From Alphaproteobacteria bacterium (lineage in GTDB: Bacteria > Pseudomonadota > Alphaproteobacteria > RF32 > CAG-239): a stretch of DNA of 64,000 bases. A program made the translations under genes and the position numbers. The notes below the pieces were generated by a model. It was not told the DNA's origin. It was given only the letters and a program-made list of their open reading frames with translations, and made no database searches. Location of the stretch: positions 94,736 to 158,735 of the forward strand of contig SUUZ01000003.1 of assembly GCA_015062235.1 (NCBI GenBank), in the 5' to 3' direction. Below are positions 21,768-31,223 of this stretch, one piece after another; position 1 is the first letter of the stretch, and each line of letters starts with the position of its first letter.

Positions 21768-22763
21768 TTAACGACTAAAACCTCTATCGTTAGATTTTCC
21801 TGCGACTGCATAACCTCGTATTGACTGATTTTCTCCCCTTCCACTCAATTTTCTTAAAGCACCCCGCATTCCTCTAATTCCGTTTCCACCTGCTTCAACA
21901 AAAACACTAGGCTTCGATTCTCTACCTTCTATTCCTAAACGTTCTTCAATTCTTTTATTTGCATCTTCTATTCTTTTTTCTATCCCTCTCGGCAAAACCC
22001 CCATAGCTATCAAATTATCATGAACTCTCAATGCAGTTTTATCCCGCAATTCTCTAAACTTACCATTAGCTATAAGTTTGCTAGCTTTATAAATATCTTC
22101 TACAGTGTTAACAGGAAAACGATCTATTTCACCGAGATCTTTTAAATTTGCCTTAGGATCATTTCCCAATGAATTGAAACCTCTTTTTAATTCATCCAAT
22201 CCTTTCTTTCTATCACTATTTGCATGAATAGTACCCATTATATTACTGAGTAACTTTTCTTGTTGTTCCGAAAGATTAACCATACCATTTTTATCTCTTG
22301 CAACAACTTTTCCCGTTTTAGGTTCAAAAGAACAACTTGTAAGATTATTATCTTTAACAAATGCTGCTAAATCATCAAATCCAAAACTGCTTTTTTGCGA
22401 TATAAATGCTTCTTTCTTTAAATTTTCGTGATGTTGTTTTTGCTCTGACGTCATCCAAGCATCACCAATATCAACTCTTACTCTTCCATCCTTAAATTCT
22501 TCAACCCGTAATCCTGTCACAAAGTCTTCTGTAACCGTAACCCAATCTCCTTCTCCTTTCTTTCGCCCATCTTCTCCACCGTTACCTTGGCTAGCCCCAT
22601 AATCCTTAGCAGCCTTAACAACCGAAGAAGGAGGGAGCACAGTTACCTCTTTACCTTCTTTATCAACACCTGTATAAGAAATATTACCCTTATCATCCCA
22701 GTGGGCTGTCCACTTAACACCGTCAACAGTAATAGCAAAATCAGCAATACTAACCCCGCTCAT
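21768..22763 (-). CDS. Hypothetical protein with an Arg/Gly-rich C-terminus; higher GC than neighbours
   Basis: No recognisable domain. ATG at 22763 follows a GGAGGG ribosome-binding site. The C-terminus reads 'RGMRGALRKLSGRGENQSIRGYAVAGKSNDRGFSR'. Confidence 0.5.
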   Translation of the reverse strand: MSGVSIADFAITVDGVKWTAHWDDKGNISYTGVDKEGKEVTVLPPSSVVKAAKDYGASQGNGGEDGRKKGEGDWVTVTEDFVTGLRVEEFKDGRVRVDIGDAWMTSEQKQHHENLKKEAFISQKSSFGFDDLAAFVKDNNLTSCSFEPKTGKVVARDKNGMVNLSEQQEKLLSNIMGTIHANSDRKKGLDELKRGFNSLGNDPKANLKDLGEIDRFPVNTVEDIYKASKLIANGKFRELRDKTALRVHDNLIAMGVLPRGIEKRIEDANKRIEERLGIEGRESKPSVFVEAGGNGIRGMRGALRKLSGRGENQSIRGYAVAGKSNDRGFSR

Positions 22764-22830
22764 AGACAACCCTCCAATTTTATACCACACTTTCGTTCAT
22801 TATACTACATTTGGACAAAAAAATCAAATT

Positions 22831-23331
22831 TTATCTTCCATCTCGCCTTTGAGTTTTAATTATTGGGTTTTTATTAGTTTTTTCGGGTTCACTCTTAACC
22901 ATACTAGCGAGCACCTTCCAAACACCTTCCAAAAAGCGTTTATTCACCATTAGCATTCCTTGCAAATTACTGTGGATCTTTTGTGCAACAACCCCTGTCA
23001 ACTCACGATACGACCCACTAAGCAACAAACTATAACCTTTAACTACATTGGCTTTATATTTAATCCCTGTTGCAATCATAGCCTCCATCTGCATTTGACG
23101 ATGTTTTTCCACTTCTTTAGCCTCATCTTTAACAGCCCCTATAATTTCTTCTAAAGCGGCTCGTTCTTCCAAGCTCAAAACAACTCCTTGTGGTAAAATC
23201 AAAGTATTAGTCTTTGCATCCCACATAAATGTTTTTACTTTTTTCAAAAGCCAACCATAAACACCACCAGCTTCTTTAATCGTTGGTTTTACTAGCTTTT
23301 CTTGTTTATCTGTTTCTTCTGTCGAAACCAT
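22831..23331 (-). CDS. Hypothetical protein (166 aa), co-oriented with and 40 bp upstream of the 21768-22763 gene
   Basis: Open frame with protein-like composition; no recognisable domain. Confidence 0.45.
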   Translation of the reverse strand: MVSTEETDKQEKLVKPTIKEAGGVYGWLLKKVKTFMWDAKTNTLILPQGVVLSLEERAALEEIIGAVKDEAKEVEKHRQMQMEAMIATGIKYKANVVKGYSLLLSGSYRELTGVVAQKIHSNLQGMLMVNKRFLEGVWKVLASMVKSEPEKTNKNPIIKTQRRDGR

Positions 23332-23521
23332 TATAAAATCTCCGCTATCGGTCTTGTGAAAATTTTGTCTATTATTTCATCGTTTTCTACTTTGTCAACA
23401 ACAAAAGCTTAAAAAGCCAAAAAACAGCCAACAACTCAACTTTTATTGTTTTATTATCTAAAACTATATTATATAATCCCTTAACATCAAATTAATATCA
23501 TGAACAAACCTATGGCAAAAA

Positions 23522-25102
23522 ATGAATTTATTTAGGTCAATAGCAACTTTTGGGGGCTTTACTCTTCTTTCTCGTATCACAGGATTTTTTCGAGATATGA
23601 TTCTCGCCAACTTTCTTGGAGCTGGATTAGCTTCTGATGCCTTTTTTGTGGCATTTAAACTCCCAAATTTATTTCGTTCACTTTTTGCAGAAGGAGCTTT
23701 TACCACCGCTTTTGTCCCTATGTTATCACAAAAACTAGTGTGTGAAGATAAAAAACAAGCCATCCTTTTTGCTGCTAAAGCAATATCAGCACTTTGTTTT
23801 TTTGTTGGGCTTTTTGTATTATTAGTTGAATTTGCAATGCCTTGGGTTATCACTGTTTTAGCTCCTGGCTTTAGCGATAATTTGGGGAAAATTGAACTAG
23901 CGACAGAACTTTCTCGTATAACCTTTCCTTTTTTATTATTTATATCAATTGTTTCGTTCCAGTCAGGTATCTTAAATTCTTTAAATAAATTTGCAGCCCC
24001 TGCTGCCGCACCTGTTATATTAAATATAATGATGATATTATCGATATTTATTTTTGTACCATTTAGTCATTCTGTAGCTCATGGTATTGCTTTCGGTGTA
24101 ACCACTGCTGGTTTTTTAGAAATTATATGGTTAACTTATTTTCTACACAAACAACAAATTTATATAAAACCTCAAACCAACATAAAAGCTATTATACAAG
24201 ATAACGAAATAAAAACATTATTCAAGCGTATCACTCCTGGTATACTAGGAGCAGGCATTTACCAAATTAATATGGTTGTTGACACCATTTTAGTATCCTT
24301 AGTAGGAACAGGTGCTATTTCTTGGTTATATTACGCTAACCGCCTTCAGCAACTTCCTCTTGGAGTTGTTGGAGCAGCAATCAGTGTTGCTGTTTTACCA
24401 ATACTTTCTCGTCACATAAAATCCAACGAAATAGAAAAAGCTCAAGAAATTCAATCCAAAGCTTTTGAGTATGGAGCATTGCTATCGATTCCAGCAGCTT
24501 TTGCTCTAATCGTTTTAGCACATCCCATAATTAATATTCTTTTTCAACATGGTAAATTTGGATTAGAACAAACTATTATGACATCCAAAGCTGTTATAGC
24601 CTATGCTATAGGGCTTCCTGCTTATGTTTTAGTTAAATCTTTAGCGCCAAACTTTTTTGCACGTGGTGATACTAAAACACCTGTAAAGTATAGCATGCTT
24701 GTTTTATTCACAAATTTAGCCTTTGCCATAATATTGATGAAACCATTTGGGCATGTTGGAATTGCCTCTGCCACAACTATTGCCGCCTTTGTTTCTCTCT
24801 GGCAATATCTTCACGGCCTAAAAAAACGTTCTTTTTGGTGTTGCTCTAAAGAACTTATCATTAAAATAATAAAAATATGCTTTTGCTCTGCTATAATGAG
24901 TATTGCTTTGATTTTTATACAGTTTTTACTAAACTATCATTTTGAAAACTGGCTTCACCTATCAATATTACCTAAATTTTTCCTATTTTTATTTATATGT
25001 TTTTTAGGCTTGGTAACTTTTATTTTTTGTGCTAAAGTATGCAACATACTAAACCTTAAAGAAATTATATCGCAACTAAAAAAAGGAAATTCCAATGCAT
25101 AA
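23522..25102 (+). CDS. murJ: Lipid II flippase MurJ (MviN)
   Basis: 'SRITGFFRDMILANFLGAGLASDAFFVAFKLPNLFR' is the canonical MurJ N-terminus; 14 TM helices. Confidence 0.9.
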   Translation: MNLFRSIATFGGFTLLSRITGFFRDMILANFLGAGLASDAFFVAFKLPNLFRSLFAEGAFTTAFVPMLSQKLVCEDKKQAILFAAKAISALCFFVGLFVLLVEFAMPWVITVLAPGFSDNLGKIELATELSRITFPFLLFISIVSFQSGILNSLNKFAAPAAAPVILNIMMILSIFIFVPFSHSVAHGIAFGVTTAGFLEIIWLTYFLHKQQIYIKPQTNIKAIIQDNEIKTLFKRITPGILGAGIYQINMVVDTILVSLVGTGAISWLYYANRLQQLPLGVVGAAISVAVLPILSRHIKSNEIEKAQEIQSKAFEYGALLSIPAAFALIVLAHPIINILFQHGKFGLEQTIMTSKAVIAYAIGLPAYVLVKSLAPNFFARGDTKTPVKYSMLVLFTNLAFAIILMKPFGHVGIASATTIAAFVSLWQYLHGLKKRSFWCCSKELIIKIIKICFCSAIMSIALIFIQFLLNYHFENWLHLSILPKFFLFLFICFLGLVTFIFCAKVCNILNLKEIISQLKKGNSNA

Positions 25103-26129
25103 ACAATTCTTAGAGCGATTTATAGCCTTGGTAAAGCCATACCACAAAATTACAGCAAATATAGTATCTTTTATCGGCAAAAAAATTTCTTTATTTTTTC
25201 AAAAATATTTTACATCATGGTGGCAAATAATTCTAACACTTGTGTTTGCCATTGTTTTTCTTTACTATCCTCTTGGTGGGTGGGTTATTCATAACATTGA
25301 CACCTCAACATATAAAGCTCAAACTAATGACGGACGCCTAGGAACTATAGATACAATCAGCCACCTTATAAATAGAGAAGTTCATCACAAATTATGGACA
25401 CCTAATCTTCCCTTTATTTTTCCATCATATTTTTTAGACAACATGCCATCTTTTCAACTAGGGTTAATGTCTGCTATTACAACAACCGCAAAAGCTTTTG
25501 ATGTCATTCCTCTAATTTCCGCATCAGATGCAGCTAGAGCAAATTTGAAAGAAGGTATTGAGTTGTTACAATATCCTGGAGAAATATGGCTTTTTTCTTC
25601 ACAAAATTCCCTACTTCCAGCTCCATCATCTAACACCCAATATAAAAAAGGACGCAAAAAACTAAATAATTTTAACCGCGAAATTGCTGGAAACAAAGTT
25701 TCTATAGATAAAAATGCACAAAATTTATCCTTATTTCTCTACATAATAAAGAAAGATATCAACAAAAACATAAATAACTTAGAAAAACACATTCGTGAAA
25801 ATAATAGATCTTTTTTTGATTTTAAAGCAGATAACGAATTCTATTTTACACAAGGAAAACTATACTCTTATTCGCAAATATTAAAGAGCCTTGGAAACGA
25901 TTTTAAAAATGTCCTAATAAAGCATGATATTTATACACCTTGGACATCAATGTTAAAATCGCTAGAACAAGCTTCCAAACTAAATCCTTCCATTATACGT
26001 AATGCAGATACAAATTCTTCATTTGCACCCAATCATTTAATTACAATAAATTATTATGCAACAAGAGCTCTAAATCGTCTCAATTCCATCATTAACAAAT
26101 TGGACATATCAACGGATACACAATTATGA
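25095..26129 (+). CDS. Hypothetical membrane-anchored protein
   Basis: N-terminal TM helix followed by a ~280-aa soluble domain. The start overlaps the murJ stop by 8 bp. Confidence 0.5.
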   Translation: MHKQFLERFIALVKPYHKITANIVSFIGKKISLFFQKYFTSWWQIILTLVFAIVFLYYPLGGWVIHNIDTSTYKAQTNDGRLGTIDTISHLINREVHHKLWTPNLPFIFPSYFLDNMPSFQLGLMSAITTTAKAFDVIPLISASDAARANLKEGIELLQYPGEIWLFSSQNSLLPAPSSNTQYKKGRKKLNNFNREIAGNKVSIDKNAQNLSLFLYIIKKDINKNINNLEKHIRENNRSFFDFKADNEFYFTQGKLYSYSQILKSLGNDFKNVLIKHDIYTPWTSMLKSLEQASKLNPSIIRNADTNSSFAPNHLITINYYATRALNRLNSIINKLDISTDTQL

Positions 26130-26668
26130 TTATTGAAATACAAGAAACACCAGACACTAATGTTGTCAACTTTTTTCCGCCAATACCTCTTCTAAGGCAA
26201 GGTACTGCCGAATTTATTGACGCGAAATCAATACGCAAATCCCCTCTTGCTGAACATATATTTGATCTTGGAGGTATTGTATCATTATTTATAACAACTG
26301 AAATGGTTTCCGTAACAAAAGAAGAAAATGCATCTTGGGAAGAATTAAAGCCTATGATTATGGCTGAAATTATGGATTATATATCAACAGGCGAAGATGT
26401 TGTTACTTCTTCTTCATCTGACGAAGCTAATATAATTGGTCAAATAACATCCCTTCTCAATGCGCGTATCCGTCCCGCTGTAAAAAAAGATGGAGGAGAT
26501 ATAAAATTTATTAATTTTGAAAATGGCATTGTTTCAGTTGAAATGCAAGGAGCATGTAAAGGATGTCCTTATGCTATGAGAACGCTTAAAGATGGAGTTG
26601 AAAGAATATTAAAAACATATATTCCCGAAATAAAGGAAGTTCGTAATCTTGATGAAACAAATAATTAA
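26126..26668 (+). CDS. NFU1/NfuA-type Fe-S cluster scaffold protein (Nfu_N + NifU C-terminal domain)
   Basis: C-terminal 'GACKGCPYAMRTLKDGVE' is a CxxC NifU motif. 4-bp ATGA overlap with the upstream gene. Confidence 0.75.
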   Translation: MIIEIQETPDTNVVNFFPPIPLLRQGTAEFIDAKSIRKSPLAEHIFDLGGIVSLFITTEMVSVTKEENASWEELKPMIMAEIMDYISTGEDVVTSSSSDEANIIGQITSLLNARIRPAVKKDGGDIKFINFENGIVSVEMQGACKGCPYAMRTLKDGVERILKTYIPEIKEVRNLDETNN

Positions 26669-27587
26669 ACTCTTATTCATAATAATTTCTTTTTCTTTGC
26701 TATCATTCAGAGTAGCTGCAGAGGATTTGTGGCTAAAAGATATTCCTATAAAACAATTAAAAAATCTATACAACCAAATAGGTTATGATGGTGTAAAAGG
26801 ATATCTCATGCTAGACACTCACCAATATCCTCGCATATTTCTAAAAAACTTTCCTAAAGATTTTTCCTCTATAACAGATGAAGCTGAACGTAATGTTTTA
26901 TTTATAAAAATTGTAACTCCATTAGCGTTGAAACTCAATGAAGATCTTATGAATGAAAGAAAAATCATCCTCAATATCCAAAAACAATTCAATAAAAATA
27001 ATATCTTATCTAAATCAGATATTAGTACTCTAGAAACTGTAGCAAAAAAATATGACTTATTTACAAGGCTTCAAGGTGCTGATAGATATAAACATCAAAT
27101 AACTGAATTATTAAACAGAGTTGATCGTATTCCTCCATCAATAATTATAACTGCCGCCGCTATTGAAACAAATTGGGGAACATCACGTGTTGTTAAAGAA
27201 GGCAATTCGTTATACAAAATTTTAGAATGGCACACAAATAAAGGATTGAAACCTATTGGCGAAAACACAGATGATAGTTATCGTATAAAAACATATCCTG
27301 ATATCTATTCATCTATTCAAGATTATGCTCTAAAAATAAATTCTCATAGAAGCTTTGCTTTATTACGTAATTTTCGCCGTGAGATTAGAGAGCTTAATAA
27401 CAATCTTTCAGGCTCAATGATTGCCCCCTATGTCTATGGTAGCTCTAACTTAAAAAATTATGCTGGACTTTTTGACTATACCCTATCCTATTATGAATTT
27501 CTTGAGATTGACAAATCGACTCTCACTGATAAAATGATAGACAACAGTATACTTAAAAAGCTCAAACCCTATGTAACAAAAATGTAA
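26649..27587 (+). CDS. Secreted glucosaminidase-domain protein (Bax/FlgJ-like peptidoglycan hydrolase)
   Basis: Signal peptide (LLFIIISFSLLSFRVAA). 'IIITAAAIETNWGTSR' matches the mannosyl-glycoprotein endo-beta-N-acetylglucosaminidase motif. Confidence 0.6.
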   Translation: MMKQIIKLLFIIISFSLLSFRVAAEDLWLKDIPIKQLKNLYNQIGYDGVKGYLMLDTHQYPRIFLKNFPKDFSSITDEAERNVLFIKIVTPLALKLNEDLMNERKIILNIQKQFNKNNILSKSDISTLETVAKKYDLFTRLQGADRYKHQITELLNRVDRIPPSIIITAAAIETNWGTSRVVKEGNSLYKILEWHTNKGLKPIGENTDDSYRIKTYPDIYSSIQDYALKINSHRSFALLRNFRREIRELNNNLSGSMIAPYVYGSSNLKNYAGLFDYTLSYYEFLEIDKSTLTDKMIDNSILKKLKPYVTKM

Positions 27588-27650
27588 TTGGCAACACAGG
27601 CTTTTTTATTGTAGAATAGTACTTATAGCACAAAAATTAAAGAGGATGCT

Positions 27651-28757
27651 ATGAACGAGGACATATTAAATAGGCATGATGTTGCCATCCTAGCAAACAA
27701 ACCAAACGTTGAAACAAAATCAGCGATTGCCTCTAAAATTGGTTCTTATTATCGCAAATCTAAACTATCTTCTCAAGAAATTCAAATAGCTGAAGACATC
27801 TTTAGAATAATGGTTCGAGATACAGAATTTAAAGTACGCGAAGTAATCTCCAACAACTTAAAAGACTGTAAACATCTTCCTAAAGATATTGTAGATAGTA
27901 TCCTCAACGATATTGATAGTGTTGCCATCCCCTTTATTCAATATTATGAAATGCTTTCTGATGAGGATCTAATCCGCATACTAAACACAACAAACATTGA
28001 ACGTCAAAAGGCTGTTTCTCAAAGAAAAAACCTTTCTTCCGAGTTATCGAATTATATTACTGAAAATTGTAACGATGAAGTAATTGGAGAGCTCATATCT
28101 AACGAAAGCGCTAATATACAGGAAAACTCCTTCAATATTATTTTAGATAAGTATTCTGATAATGATGACATAAAAAAGCGCATGGTTTTCCGTTCAGAAT
28201 TGCCAGTATCTATTATAGAAAAAATAGTTGGAAAAATTTCATATAAATTAAAAAGTCATCTTGTGTTGCGACATAATCTTCCTAAAGACCTAGCCTCTAA
28301 TTTAGTTGAAGAAATAAAAGAGAAGATAATTCTACATATATCAGAAGAGCATTCTTCTGACAGTCAAATCGAAGAGCTAGTACATCAATTATATAAAGCT
28401 AACCGTTTAACACCTAATCTTGTAGTTAGAGCCATTTGTCTTGGTGATTTAAAATTTTTCGAGTATGCTTTGGTATATTTATCAGAACTTCCTATAGCTG
28501 AAGTTCGTAAAATATTATTCAGCAATCAAGCCGATTTCATGATACGCAACCTTTTACGCAAAGCTTTTATTCCTAAAAGTGTTTTTCCTGCAATTTTTAG
28601 CGCTTTAAAAATAATTAAAGAAATCAGATTTGATTGCGGAAGATCCAGCAGCAAAGCTTTTGGTCATAAAGTAGTTGAACGTATTTTAAGTCTTCTTCAA
28701 AATAATGATGAACTAACACCTGAAGATATAAAATATTTAGTATCAAAAATTAATTAA
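27651..28757 (+). CDS. Hypothetical alpha-helical repeat protein
   Basis: 368 aa with repeated acidic helical segments; no catalytic motif recognised. Confidence 0.45.
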   Translation: MNEDILNRHDVAILANKPNVETKSAIASKIGSYYRKSKLSSQEIQIAEDIFRIMVRDTEFKVREVISNNLKDCKHLPKDIVDSILNDIDSVAIPFIQYYEMLSDEDLIRILNTTNIERQKAVSQRKNLSSELSNYITENCNDEVIGELISNESANIQENSFNIILDKYSDNDDIKKRMVFRSELPVSIIEKIVGKISYKLKSHLVLRHNLPKDLASNLVEEIKEKIILHISEEHSSDSQIEELVHQLYKANRLTPNLVVRAICLGDLKFFEYALVYLSELPIAEVRKILFSNQADFMIRNLLRKAFIPKSVFPAIFSALKIIKEIRFDCGRSSSKAFGHKVVERILSLLQNNDELTPEDIKYLVSKIN

Positions 28758-28826
28758 GTTCTAGATTTTTTTATAAAAACTTTTTACAATACCCAAATAT
28801 TAATTAACTTTGGGAGATCTAGCATT

Positions 28827-30512
28827 TTGCCAGATATTTCGGATAGCTTAACGGACAACATTTTTAACTTGCTCACTAGCCTTAAAAACGCTGATGACAT
28901 CGGTTTATCCATAACTCAAACTATAAAAACAGCTGCAGACATAGCTAATGCTGATGGTTATTTTTTATTTCACATCACTTCAAACAGTTTTATGAATCTT
29001 ATTTGTGGAAACATTCAAAGCATTAATATCTCTTTTTCCGATTTATCGAATAGTAACTTGTTTAAATCTGTATATCTACCTAACCTAAAAAACAAAAACA
29101 TCAAATCCCCTTTTGAAATATGTGCAACAAATAAAGAAATCATAAATTCAGCAAATATTTTTAATGAAACAAACATCAATATCTCTCTTCTAAAAGAATT
29201 TGACGAAACAAATAACTATACTACCGTATCAACCTTATGTTTTCCAATATTCGATAGCAAAAGAAACATTATAGCTGTAGCTCAATTTATAAATGCTAAA
29301 GATTTACAAGGCAAAGTAATTAAATTTTCCTCAAGGGTACAAAACCAAATAATTGCAATATGTCAAATTATTTCTTTAATTTTAGAACGCAAACAAATAT
29401 CTGAAACCTATACTCAATTACTAGAATCTTTTATTGACATTTTTGCTAAAGCTATTGATGCAAAATCACCTTACACAGGACTCCATTGTCAAAAAGTACC
29501 AATAATTGCACGCCTCTTAGCTTCTGCCGTAGCTGATGAAACAGAAGGACCTCTTAAAAATTTTGATATGTCCAATAATGATTGGTATTCCTTACACATT
29601 GCTTCATGGCTCCATGACTGTGGCAAAATTATTACTCCAGAATATATTATGGATAAATCATCTAAACTAGAAACCATATACAATCGCATCCACGAAATTC
29701 GTACACGTTTTGAAGTTCTACGTCGTGACGCACATATTGAATATCTACAAAAACGCCTCCAAAATATTGATACCAAAGAAAATCTACAAGCAGAATTTGT
29801 AAATAAAGTAAAAAATTTAACTGATGATTTTGAATTTATCGGACAATGCAATATCGGTGATGTACCTTTAAGCGATGAAGATATTATACGCCTCAACAAA
29901 ATAGCAAAATACAGCTTTACCAGAAATTTTAGCCGTACATCTGGTTTATCTTGGCTTGAAAAAGATATCCTAGAAAAACAGTCTATAGTACCAGAAAGAC
30001 AAGAGGTTGAATACATTCTACAAGATCGTCCAGAACAAATAGCATCACATTACAACCAAGGCGAGTTAACCAATATAAAAGTTCCTCAAGGCACTATAAA
30101 TCCAAAAGAACGACAGAAAATTAATGAACACATTATAACTACAATAAATATACTAAAAAACATCCCGTTTCCTGCTGAATTATCTAATATTGTGGAATAC
30201 GCTGGCTCACATCATGAAAGAATTGATGGCAAAGGATATCCTTATGGTCTTACAGGTGAACAAATGTCTATCCCCGCTAAGATTATGGCTATAGCCGATG
30301 TATATGAAGCTCTTACCGCCAAAGATCGTCCATATAAAAAACCTAAAAAACTATCAGAAGTATTAAAAATTATGCAAGAAATGAAAAACACTGGCCATCT
30401 TGACCCTGATTTATACAATGTATTTATCAAACGAGGTGTTTACCTAGACTATGCTAAGGAATATATTGATAAAAACCAAATTGATGATATTAATCCTGAG
30501 GAGTTTTTATAG
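28827..30512 (+). CDS. GAF-domain HD-GYP phosphodiesterase (c-di-GMP signalling)
   Basis: 'WLHDCGK' HD motif and 'GSHHERIDGKGYPYGL' HD-GYP motif. The N-terminal ~200 aa is GAF-like. Confidence 0.75.
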   Translation: MPDISDSLTDNIFNLLTSLKNADDIGLSITQTIKTAADIANADGYFLFHITSNSFMNLICGNIQSINISFSDLSNSNLFKSVYLPNLKNKNIKSPFEICATNKEIINSANIFNETNINISLLKEFDETNNYTTVSTLCFPIFDSKRNIIAVAQFINAKDLQGKVIKFSSRVQNQIIAICQIISLILERKQISETYTQLLESFIDIFAKAIDAKSPYTGLHCQKVPIIARLLASAVADETEGPLKNFDMSNNDWYSLHIASWLHDCGKIITPEYIMDKSSKLETIYNRIHEIRTRFEVLRRDAHIEYLQKRLQNIDTKENLQAEFVNKVKNLTDDFEFIGQCNIGDVPLSDEDIIRLNKIAKYSFTRNFSRTSGLSWLEKDILEKQSIVPERQEVEYILQDRPEQIASHYNQGELTNIKVPQGTINPKERQKINEHIITTINILKNIPFPAELSNIVEYAGSHHERIDGKGYPYGLTGEQMSIPAKIMAIADVYEALTAKDRPYKKPKKLSEVLKIMQEMKNTGHLDPDLYNVFIKRGVYLDYAKEYIDKNQIDDINPEEFL

Positions 30513-31223
30513 ATGTTAAAAGTGATTCCCGTCTTATGTCGTGCTGGATATATGGATAATTATGCCTATATAATAATCGATAGTAACACACAAATATCTG
30601 CAATCATTGATCCTTCAGAAGCTCTACCCATTATAAAAAAGTGTGATGAATTAAACATCAAACCCCAATTCATTCTAAACACTCATCATCATTTTGATCA
30701 TGTTGAAGGCAACATTGAACTTGCTGAAAAATATAATGCTAAAATAGTTTGCAATCAATCTGACATGTACCGTATCAACGGAGCTCAAATTGCTCTTATC
30801 CCCGAAACCACCTTTAATGTTGGTGATTCTATTGCTGAAATTATTGACGTATCGGCACACACTCAAGGTCATATTTTATTTTATTTCAAAAAAGATAAAA
30901 TTTTATTTACTGGTGATACGTTATTTAATCTATGTATCGGCGGTTTATTTGAAGGTACTCCTGAACAAATGTTTCTTGCTCTTAATAAAATAAAATCCTT
31001 ACCCAACGATGTCATCTTCTATCCTGGACACGAATATACAATGGGATGTGCAAAACAAGCTTTTATTTATAACAACGGAAATTCAGATATTCAATCATAT
31101 CTCGCCAAAGCCCAAGAACGTATAAAACAAGGTTTACCCGTTGCGCCAATAACTTTAGGCGAAGAAAAACTTTGTAATCCGTATCTTAAAGCTAGCAATC
31201 TCAAAGAATTCAAAAACCTATAA
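30513..31223 (+). CDS. gloB: Hydroxyacylglutathione hydrolase (glyoxalase II, MBL fold)
   Basis: 'NTHHHFDHVEGN' metal-binding motif. Confidence 0.85.
   Translation: MLKVIPVLCRAGYMDNYAYIIIDSNTQISAIIDPSEALPIIKKCDELNIKPQFILNTHHHFDHVEGNIELAEKYNAKIVCNQSDMYRINGAQIALIPETTFNVGDSIAEIIDVSAHTQGHILFYFKKDKILFTGDTLFNLCIGGLFEGTPEQMFLALNKIKSLPNDVIFYPGHEYTMGCAKQAFIYNNGNSDIQSYLAKAQERIKQGLPVAPITLGEEKLCNPYLKASNLKEFKNL

Noticed and set aside
21467-21844. 125-aa minus-strand ORF spanning the typA 3' end and the terminator
   Set aside because: It overlaps the typA C-terminus and the intergenic hairpin, and has no ribosome-binding site.
23464-23853. 129-aa minus-strand ORF
   Set aside because: It overlaps the conserved MurJ N-terminus on the opposite strand and its composition is not protein-like.
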